Shown piece by piece: positions 58,001-64,000 of a stretch of DNA of 64,000 nucleotides. Location: the NCBI GenBank assembly GCA_002504905.1, contig DATY01000013.1, forward strand, positions 6,422 through 70,421, given 5' to 3'. Within the stretch, counting starts at the first letter, position 1; the number at the start of each line of letters is the position of its first letter. Source of the stretch: Euryarchaeota archaeon UBA605 (lineage in GTDB: Archaea; Thermoplasmatota; Poseidoniia; Poseidoniales; Thalassarchaeaceae). The position numbers were made by a program, and so were the translations under genes. The notes under the pieces were generated by a model. The model had not been told where the DNA came from. It saw nothing but the letters and a program-made list of their open reading frames with translations, and did no database searches.

Positions 58001-58199
58001 TGTAAAGTCTGGAAATCACATGATGAATTCCAGGTTTCCCATTCGCAGTAGGAGGTCCTTCAAGAAATGTAAAAGGTGATTGTTTCGATCTCCTATTTTC
58101 AATCGAATGAACAAATGTTTTTTCTTGATTCCATAATTCAATCAATGAAGTCTCAAGAGCTACTGGGTCTAGATTTCCAGCCGCCTTCGGTACGGTCAT
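55008..58199 (-). CDS. ileS: Isoleucyl-tRNA synthetase
   Basis: It is 1063 aa. PPTANGKPGIHHV is the HIGH region and KMSKSRGN is present. It also has a CP1 editing domain and Zn-binding CNECN and CSDPNC motifs. Confidence 0.95.
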   Translation of the reverse strand: MTVPKAAGNLDPVALETSLIELWNQEKTFVHSIENRRSKQSPFTFLEGPPTANGKPGIHHVISRLYKDMVCRWKTMEGHIVERKAGWDTHGLPVEIEVQKQLDLMSNEAIENFGMEAFNQKCKESVWTYEQAWREMTERMGFWVDMDDPYVTLNDDYIESAWWSLKQMFEKGLLFRGHKVLPYCPQTGTSYSSHEVAQGYKEVSEPAVFVKFKLSDSNSSILAWTTTPWTLPGNVGLAVGPDVVYCRVKITAEPSDSWEGRGGAELGEELILAKDLLGNVLRHKMEVLEEFSGSELIGKSYEPLFPGAVDGRNSNAWTVVGADFVTTSDGTGVVHTAVMYGEDDYNLGMKEGFPAQHTVGMDGKFIKGTHEKLDGRYVKECDSDIIDLLESGGKLYREHIYTHDYPHCWRTDHPLLYYAMDSWFVKMTAVKDQIIQHNSEVEWAPEWTGTKRMGEWLSNIKDWAISRERYWGTPIPVWICNECNSEYCVGSVEEMISMKTEDSPVPPELHRPYVDDVKLNCSDPNCSGEMVREPYVMDCWFDSGCASFAQWHYPFENKEKFESVFPVDYICEAVDQTRGWFYSLLAVSTTVFDNVAYKRCLSLGHILDKDGKKMSKSRGNVVNPWDHFNKEGSDAVRWYMMTQSAPWTPTNFDPNGVRESYAKMFLTLWNVHRFYSDYASLDNFDPEEIDNYVEIKDRSHLDRWILSRLTTISENYHEYFISWDFHKAGRELENFVINDLSNWYVRRSRRRLWNEDESNDKRACQHTLNEVLLTVCRLMAPVSPFMADQIHRDLTGQSVHLADWPVGSNLVDRTLPPKNWVLEQEMALVRKLAESGRRVRVEAGRRQRLPCKSGWIVGGPDISDFHEILAEELNVELLTTEEDLDRFQKIEIAPNRKSLGKKCRQDLPAVLDLLENADPDNILLEIEAEICILEGYDITIDDIEIKRVEKEQFAAATISIEEIGDVSLVLDMSLNDELISKGLARDIIRHVQAKRKDINLDVESLINLNVWISEINLFDNDWSHIQIETRAGIAGINQGEISEDSEYFEVDGIGVYFSLNEIN

Positions 58200-58303
58200 A
58201 TCAACGCCGACAGTAGATGCTTTCTTGAACGTGACTAATCGAGAAAAAGTAGATTAGGAAATAACCACGACTTCAAAAGGTATAACCTCGTGCGTTTAAT
58301 TAC

Positions 58304-58954
58304 ATGTCAGAGTCGCTATCGATAGATATTGGAGGAATGACCTGTGATGGTTGTTCAGGTAAAGTGAAAAAGGCCCTCGAAAGTATTACTGGAGTGATTT
58401 CCGCTGATGTTTCACATGAATCCGGAGTAGCAGTAATTGAACACAAAAATGTATCAAAAGAAGTATTAATTTCTAACATTAAGTCAACTGGCTACACTGT
58501 TGATGGAAAGGGTGAAGATTTCCATTGGAGGGATGGAAGTGTTTGGAAACAATCTGCTCATAATACCAAGTGGTGTTTGATAGGCTGTAGTATTGGTGAT
58601 TTTGGTACAATTGCTGCATTCCAATTAATCCCTTATCTTGCTGATCTTGGCTGGTCTGCAATGTCTATAATGATGCTTGCAATGTTCAATGGAATCATGA
58701 CCTCCATCGCACTTGAGACCTTCATCTTAATCAAACAGATGGGGGGAATTAGAGAAGCATTTAGAGTAGCTATTGGAATGTCTCTTATTTCGATGATTGC
58801 AATGGAATCTTCGATGAATGCTACAGATCTTCTAATTATGGGGGAGCCTACATTGACATGGTGGGTTATTCCGATTATGTTGTTCGTAGGATTCATTACT
58901 CCATGGCCATACAACTATTGGCGTCTAAAGAAGTATGGAGTTTCATGTCATTAA
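58304..58954 (+). CDS. Heavy-metal-associated (HMA) domain fused to a DUF4396-like membrane domain
   Basis: GMTCDGCSGKVKKAL is the HMA MxCxxC motif. It is followed by WCLIGCSIGDFG and 4-5 TM segments, typical of DUF4396 as I recall it. Confidence 0.65.
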   Translation: MSESLSIDIGGMTCDGCSGKVKKALESITGVISADVSHESGVAVIEHKNVSKEVLISNIKSTGYTVDGKGEDFHWRDGSVWKQSAHNTKWCLIGCSIGDFGTIAAFQLIPYLADLGWSAMSIMMLAMFNGIMTSIALETFILIKQMGGIREAFRVAIGMSLISMIAMESSMNATDLLIMGEPTLTWWVIPIMLFVGFITPWPYNYWRLKKYGVSCH

Positions 58955-58967
58955 GAGAGGGAGAACT

Positions 58968-59741
58968 ATGAGTGATTGGGATTACTTAGCTGAAGATATC
59001 TCAGATTGGATTTTGAAATATGCTGAACAAAATAATATTTCTACTCTTGTAGTTGGAGTTTCAGGAGGTATTGATTCAGCAGTAACATCAACTCTTTGCG
59101 CAAAAACTGGAATGAAAACAATCGTAATTAATATGCCGATTAATCAAGATGTATCTCAATATGACCTTTCAAATCAACATATTGAATGGTTGACTTCGAG
59201 GTGGAGTAATGTAGAAGGTCATATTATTGATTTGACAGAAACATACGAAATTTTTCGTTCAAAACTAACTGATTACAATGTGTCCGAACTTTCAATGGCT
59301 AACACCAGAGCTAGAATTAGAATGTCTACTCTTTATGCTTTAGCAGGTTCTAATAATGGAATAGTAGTTGGAACTGGAAACAAGGTTGAAGATTTTGGGA
59401 TTGGCTTTTACACAAAATATGGTGATGGTGGTGTAGACATTTCACCAATAGCAGATTTATATAAATCAGAAGTTTATTCATTAGCGAAATCCTTAGAGAT
59501 AATTCAATCTATTCAAGATGCTTCTCCAACAGATGGACTTTGGAATGATGGGAGAACTGATGAAGAACAAATTGGTGCTACATATGAAGAATTAGAGTGG
59601 GCTATGAAAGAAATTGAAAACCCCTCCCCTGCCTCAAAACTTAGTGATAGACAGATAGAAGTAATGGAAATATATTTGAAATTTAATCGAATTAATTCAC
59701 ATAAGATGAATCCAATTCCTATTTACATGCTTAATCGCTAA
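58968..59741 (+). CDS. nadE: NH3-dependent NAD+ synthetase
   Basis: VVGVSGGIDSAV is the PP-loop. GTGNKVEDFGIGFYTKYGDGG is also present. The ATG at 58968 is preceded by GAGAGGGAG. Confidence 0.9.
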   Translation: MSDWDYLAEDISDWILKYAEQNNISTLVVGVSGGIDSAVTSTLCAKTGMKTIVINMPINQDVSQYDLSNQHIEWLTSRWSNVEGHIIDLTETYEIFRSKLTDYNVSELSMANTRARIRMSTLYALAGSNNGIVVGTGNKVEDFGIGFYTKYGDGGVDISPIADLYKSEVYSLAKSLEIIQSIQDASPTDGLWNDGRTDEEQIGATYEELEWAMKEIENPSPASKLSDRQIEVMEIYLKFNRINSHKMNPIPIYMLNR

Positions 59742-59771
59742 TTTAAATAGTAAATCATCTATCCACTATTC

Positions 59772-60293
59772 ATGGAATCCATTGGATACGCTGACAGTGG
59801 CCATAAGATGGCAGTAGAATTTGATAGAAAAATAATTATTTATTGGTGGTTGACTGCAAATATAGGACTTCTTAGTACAATCATAGGAATCCCTCTAATG
59901 TTATTCTGGGTTCCATTTGGATGGATTATTCATCAAAAGCAGTATAATCACATGTCAGCCGCACTAACTGAACGTTCAGTAAATATGCGTATGGGTTGGA
60001 TTTTCAAGAAACAGCAGAATATTGCTTTAGATAAATTAACGGATGTATCTATTCATGAGGGGCCCTTGTTGAAAGCGTTTGGAGTTGTTAGAATGCAATT
60101 CGAAACTGCTGGCGCCGCTCCATTCATTTTGACAGGTGTCAAAAATTCCGAAGAGTTTCGTGATTTGGTATTAGAACAAAGAGATTCTTTAGTTTCTAAC
60201 TCCATTCCAGATAATAATAATGTAGGTTCAGAGAATGTGTTTGTTGAAATAAGAGATCTATTGAAAAGTATTGATTCTAAACTAAGTGAATAA
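59772..60293 (+). CDS. Membrane protein with bacterial PH (bPH_2/YdbS-like) domain
   Basis: It has a two-TM hairpin. The segment GWIFKKQQNIALDKLTDVSIHEGPLLKAFGVVRMQFETAG follows the bPH_2 pattern. Confidence 0.65.
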   Translation: MESIGYADSGHKMAVEFDRKIIIYWWLTANIGLLSTIIGIPLMLFWVPFGWIIHQKQYNHMSAALTERSVNMRMGWIFKKQQNIALDKLTDVSIHEGPLLKAFGVVRMQFETAGAAPFILTGVKNSEEFRDLVLEQRDSLVSNSIPDNNNVGSENVFVEIRDLLKSIDSKLSE

Positions 60294-60851
60294 TCACCAA
60301 GGAAACTTCACTGACCAAATTATTAGATCATTTAGTATACATTGTATAGAAATCAAAAATGCACCCAATAGCATCATTTGTGAGCCTTGAATGCCATCGA
60401 CATAAGCGCTGTAGGCTATCAATCCCAACATAATGTTACCAATTGAAGTAATAAGTAATGTCCCAACAACAATGATTGGAGTCCAAGAATAATCATTAGA
60501 TAAATGATAAGATGTACTTTCTAACCAAAGTGCAGAAGGTATTAGAAATAGAGCGTAAGCAAGTAATAATCTTTCCATTCCTGATCCATCAGAATCCGAC
60601 CAAGGCCATCTTAGATTTTCTAATTCTGAAATCTCTAATTGAAACAAAGTTATCCACCAGTAAATCAGATATCCTAGGGCTGCTACAAACATGAATGGTA
60701 CGATATATCTCTGCCAAGACTCGGGAATTCCGCCCCATAATTTCATCGGATCCGTTGATTTTGAAACACCATAAACATATGATAAAAGTACAATCAAACC
60801 ACTAATAATTGTAAAAATTCGTACAAAGTCTCTCGATACATCCATACACAT
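60294..60851 (-). CDS. Polytopic membrane protein of unknown function
   Basis: It is 185 aa with about 5 hydrophobic segments. It is convergent with the previous gene with zero spacer. Confidence 0.5.
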   Translation of the reverse strand: MCMDVSRDFVRIFTIISGLIVLLSYVYGVSKSTDPMKLWGGIPESWQRYIVPFMFVAALGYLIYWWITLFQLEISELENLRWPWSDSDGSGMERLLLAYALFLIPSALWLESTSYHLSNDYSWTPIIVVGTLLITSIGNIMLGLIAYSAYVDGIQGSQMMLLGAFLISIQCILNDLIIWSVKFPW

Positions 60852-60930
60852 CGGAGAAGATAGTCATTCATAATTAATTGTTCAAATGTACATTACAAAG
60901 TACCAATACCAAAGGCTTCCTCGAAGATGC

Positions 60931-61488
60931 ATGGTTGAAACTTTGGAAGAACCAAAATATCAACTTATTAGAAATTTTGATGATTTTGAGATAAGACTTT
61001 ACAGTGAAGTGATACAAGCTCGAGTTTCGAGAGAAATAGGACAAAATTTTACCCCTTCAAGTAACTTTAGAATTTTAGCAGGATATATTTTTGGAAACAA
61101 TAAGTCCAATGAAAAAATTGCTATGACTTCTCCGGTGGAAATGTGGGATACTGAAAATACTATGAATATGGCATTTACTATGCCGTCAAAACATAGTTTT
61201 ATGAATTTACCAGAACCTAATGATCCAAAAGTAAAAATTGACAAAGTTCCTGAAAGATTGGTTGCAGTAAAGAGATTTTCAGGATTCTATGGTTCGAGTA
61301 AAGTAAGTAAAATAGCTAGAAAATTGAATAAATCATTGCTAGAAAGAAATCTTGAGTCTGAAGGAAGTTATATTCTAGCAGTATATGACCCGCCAACTAA
61401 GTTACCATTTTTTAGAAGAAATGAAATTTTAATTCCAATAAAAGAAATAGATTATTCAGAAGAAATAGGTTCAGAGGGATTATTATGA
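60931..61488 (+). CDS. SOUL heme-binding family protein
   Basis: EEPKYQLIRNFDDFEIRLY, AGYIFGNN, IAMTSPV and FSGF match the SOUL/HEBP pattern. The ATG at 60931 is preferred, and the ORF track starts at 60886. Confidence 0.75.
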   Translation: MVETLEEPKYQLIRNFDDFEIRLYSEVIQARVSREIGQNFTPSSNFRILAGYIFGNNKSNEKIAMTSPVEMWDTENTMNMAFTMPSKHSFMNLPEPNDPKVKIDKVPERLVAVKRFSGFYGSSKVSKIARKLNKSLLERNLESEGSYILAVYDPPTKLPFFRRNEILIPIKEIDYSEEIGSEGLL

Positions 61489-62201
61489 GTATGCAGAGAT
61501 GTGGTGGAGATGAAGTCTTGAAGTCTATTGAAGATGGAGAGGAAGTTAGTTTAATTCTTGTTAAAAGAGATACTCAATCGATTAAAATTAGTAAGATTTT
61601 GAATTATGCCGAGGAACTAGCAATTAGAGTAATTTATGGTTCAGAAAATGATTTATGGCGTATGTCCAGAAATAATTCGAATGGAACCCCCGATATACTA
61701 TGTTTAGTTGGCCGTAATCCTGAATCGTCAATGGATGAGGTTTTATCCAAGGGGGGACTAATTTGGTTACTTGCAGGAGCATCTTATCCAGTTAACATTG
61801 GCTTTTGCATAAGAACTGCCGAAGTCTCAGGTGCTGATGCCGTAGTTATCGACGCCGAATTAAACAATCAAGAAAGAAGCGCTGCAAAACGTGCTTCAAT
61901 GAAGGCTCATAGATTCTTGCCTTTATTTTGGACTTCAGGTGTAGAGTTCATTTTAAAGGCTAGAGAGTGTGGTTTTAGAATAATTTCAGTAGAAGATATT
62001 GGTGATTCTACTCCATGGGATGTTGATATGACTGGGGATGTTATTTTGGTTGTAGGTGGAGAGAGGAATGGCATCTCTGAGAATATATTGAAACTCTCAG
62101 ATGATGTTATTAAAATTCCAATGTCTGGTTTTGTACCTTCGTTTAATCTTCAGGCTCCATTAAGTTATGTTGCTATTGAAGCTCAGAGACAGAGAAGCTG
62201 A
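61485..62201 (+). CDS. SpoU/TrmH-family RNA 2'-O-methyltransferase
   Basis: LVVGGERNGISENIL and IPMSGFVPSFNLQAPLSYV are SPOUT motifs 2 and 3. An ATGA overlap couples it to the upstream gene. Confidence 0.8.
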   Translation: MSMQRCGGDEVLKSIEDGEEVSLILVKRDTQSIKISKILNYAEELAIRVIYGSENDLWRMSRNNSNGTPDILCLVGRNPESSMDEVLSKGGLIWLLAGASYPVNIGFCIRTAEVSGADAVVIDAELNNQERSAAKRASMKAHRFLPLFWTSGVEFILKARECGFRIISVEDIGDSTPWDVDMTGDVILVVGGERNGISENILKLSDDVIKIPMSGFVPSFNLQAPLSYVAIEAQRQRS

Positions 62202-62257
62202 TAATTTTCTTATTTTCACCTTTATGATTTATTGAGTCTCTGTACCGCCCGCTGTTT

Positions 62258-64000
62258 ATGAATGTGCCAAGCGAGTTAATTTCGATGCTTGATGGCGAAC
62301 ATGGTACAACCAAACAGAAAGCAGCCAGGCTTGTCATAGATCTTGCATCTAGTGCGGGAGCAACTGATTTCGTACGTTGTGAGCATTCTCATGTTTCAGG
62401 AGTAAGTGTAATAACAGGCGGACACGGACTTCGTCGCTTTCTTTCAGACTTGGCTGGAGATGATAAGGGAACTGTTTCAATACCCACGACTCTTAACTCA
62501 GCAGGTTGTGATAGAGAAAAAATGGAAGAGATGGAAATCGATTATCCAGATTTCTTGAAATATCAATTTGAGATAATTGATGCTTATAGTAATCTTGGAA
62601 TCGATGCGACACTATCTTGCACGCCTTATGATAGAGGAATCGACTTAGCAGAAGGGATTGGTTCCTGGGCTGAGTCTAATGCTGTTTGTTTCTCTAATTC
62701 TTATACTTCTTTGATTACAAATAGGGAATCTGGATTATCGGCATTAGCGACAGCACTGACAGGATGGGCTCCACTTTGGGGACTTCATATCGAAGAAAAT
62801 CGGGTACCCAATATTCATGTTAAGGTTGAATGTCCAATGGAATATATTTCAGATTGGAGTGTTTTAGGGGATTGGATTGGAAAGCAAATAAGGCCCGAAT
62901 GGAGAATGCCATGGGGGATGATGCCCCATATTTCCGGGCTCCCTGATAATGCGAGTTTTGAAATGAAAAAAGCGTTGACTGCAGCAGCGGCAAATTATGG
63001 TTGCCCAATGCTCTGGGCTGATGGATATACCAATGATTCTCCAATTTTTGATAACTATCAAGGTGAATTAATTTTCACTGAAAATGATTTACAACTAAGG
63101 TATGAAGAATTATCTCCAAAAGGTATTGTTGATTTGGTAGTAATTGGTTGTCCGCAAGCCAGTGTTGGTGAAGTCAGAGCAACAGCATCTTATGTTCGTT
63201 CCAAGATGGAAAATGGGGAAAATATTCCTGAAAAGCGCCTATGGATTTTCACTAGTGGTCATAATTATGATATTCTAGAATCTGATGGTACTATAGATTT
63301 GCTAGAAGAAGCGGGTGCTTTAGTATTGAAAGATACATGTCCAGAAGTAACACCGTATAATAGGAAAAAATTTAATCATATCTTGACTAATTCTCTCAAG
63401 GCTGAACATTATCTTACTTCAGGACTAAATAAAATGCCGACTAGTGTTTCAACAATTTCTGATTGTGTAGATCATGCATTTAACCCTAATTTAATTACTG
63501 ATCCGAGACCGACTTTAGAATCAATTAAAGTCAAACCAATGTTTTCAAATAAGAAGCATAGGATTGGAGATTTGGAGATAAGTGGTAAGAGCCTCCCCAG
63601 TCAAAAAGAATGGTCAATAGAAGGAAGAGCCTTAGTTACTGATGTTCCTATAACTTATCTCGGATACGTAAATAGGGATACTGGGGTAATTGAAGAGAGA
63701 GGCCACCCACTTGACGGAATTGCCATAGAAGATACTATTCTAATTTATCCAAAAGGTTCAGGATCAACCGTAGCTCCATTCGTTTTAATGGGATTAATAT
63801 ATACTGGTAAAGGCCCTAAGGCAATAGTAAATTGTGACGTTTGTCCACTTACTTTACCGGCTGCTTCGCTACTAAATGTTCCTTACGCTCATGGTTTTGA
63901 ATTAAATCCCACATTGGAAGTTAATACTGGAGACCGAGTTTTAATGAAGCTTACCGATGGAGTTGTTAGTCTTTCAGTCATATCTCGTGTAAGCGAGGAT
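62258..64000 (+). CDS. Aconitase X (AcnX) with catalytic DUF521 and swivel DUF126 domains fused in one chain; 3' end runs off the window
   Basis: This gene is not in the ORF track because it has no stop in the window. I translated it from the ATG at 62258 as MNVPSELISMLDGEHGTTKQKAARLVIDL...HVSGVSVITGG...PTTLNSAGCD...LSCTPYD...WAESNAVCFSNS...VVIGCPQAS...KDTCPEV. The DUF126-like part reads GRALVTDVPITYLGYVNRDTGVI...ILIYPKGSGSTVAPFVLMGL...GPKAIV. The frame is open for 581 codons. Confidence 0.75.
   Translation, partial: MNVPSELISMLDGEHGTTKQKAARLVIDLASSAGATDFVRCEHSHVSGVSVITGGHGLRRFLSDLAGDDKGTVSIPTTLNSAGCDREKMEEMEIDYPDFLKYQFEIIDAYSNLGIDATLSCTPYDRGIDLAEGIGSWAESNAVCFSNSYTSLITNRESGLSALATALTGWAPLWGLHIEENRVPNIHVKVECPMEYISDWSVLGDWIGKQIRPEWRMPWGMMPHISGLPDNASFEMKKALTAAAANYGCPMLWADGYTNDSPIFDNYQGELIFTENDLQLRYEELSPKGIVDLVVIGCPQASVGEVRATASYVRSKMENGENIPEKRLWIFTSGHNYDILESDGTIDLLEEAGALVLKDTCPEVTPYNRKKFNHILTNSLKAEHYLTSGLNKMPTSVSTISDCVDHAFNPNLITDPRPTLESIKVKPMFSNKKHRIGDLEISGKSLPSQKEWSIEGRALVTDVPITYLGYVNRDTGVIEERGHPLDGIAIEDTILIYPKGSGSTVAPFVLMGLIYTGKGPKAIVNCDVCPLTLPAASLLNVPYAHGFELNPTLEVNTGDRVLMKLTDGVVSLSVISRVSED

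Noticed and set aside
1-64000. Search for tRNA, rRNA, CRISPR repeats, IS elements, integrases and toxin-antitoxin or restriction-type defence genes
   Set aside because: None was recognised. All gaps except 25059-25289 and 9058-9211 are 120 bp or less. No T-loop-like GGTTCRAATCC was seen in non-coding DNA, and there are no regularly spaced direct repeats. This was visual inspection only, and tRNAscan, Infernal and CRISPR finders should confirm it.

Overview
This is a compact, low-GC, almost gap-free chromosomal segment. Most spacers are under 100 bp, and several convergent gene pairs abut or overlap at their stop codons. It reads as archaeal. Markers are the archaeal shikimate entry enzymes (ADH synthase, DHQ synthase II, GHMP-type shikimate kinase), TATA-binding protein, mevalonate kinase, RibL-type FAD synthetase, archaeal-size lumazine synthase and a SepF-like protein. 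The rest of the gene content is secreted S8 peptidases, PKD and BNR surface proteins, acyl-CoA dehydrogenase, H+-pyrophosphatase and a MoxR/DUF58 cluster. That mix fits an uncultured marine heterotrophic Thermoplasmatota-like (MGII/MGIII-like) genome, but this placement is inference only. I call about 58 protein-coding genes. One of them, a fused AcnX gene at 62258 to the window end, is absent from the ORF track because it has no stop in the window. By eye I found no rRNA, tRNA, CRISPR array, transposase, integrase or recognisable defence genes. I cannot point to a clear-cut novel multi-gene system. The best candidates for something undescribed are listed here. (1) A 963-aa single-chain protein with a zinc-ribbon N-terminal module fused to 2-oxoacid dehydrogenase E1 alpha+beta. 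(2) The largest non-coding gap in the window (231 bp), just upstream of that gene, which carries six copies of an ATACCA-core motif in a patterned arrangement. (3) A TBP with a ~57-residue insertion in its second repeat. (4) A xanthine-dehydrogenase-family molybdoenzyme operon with an extended large subunit and a translationally coupled secreted protein. (5) A fused AcnX (DUF521+DUF126) of ambiguous function. All functional calls rest on motif and architecture recognition from the translations. No database search was possible.
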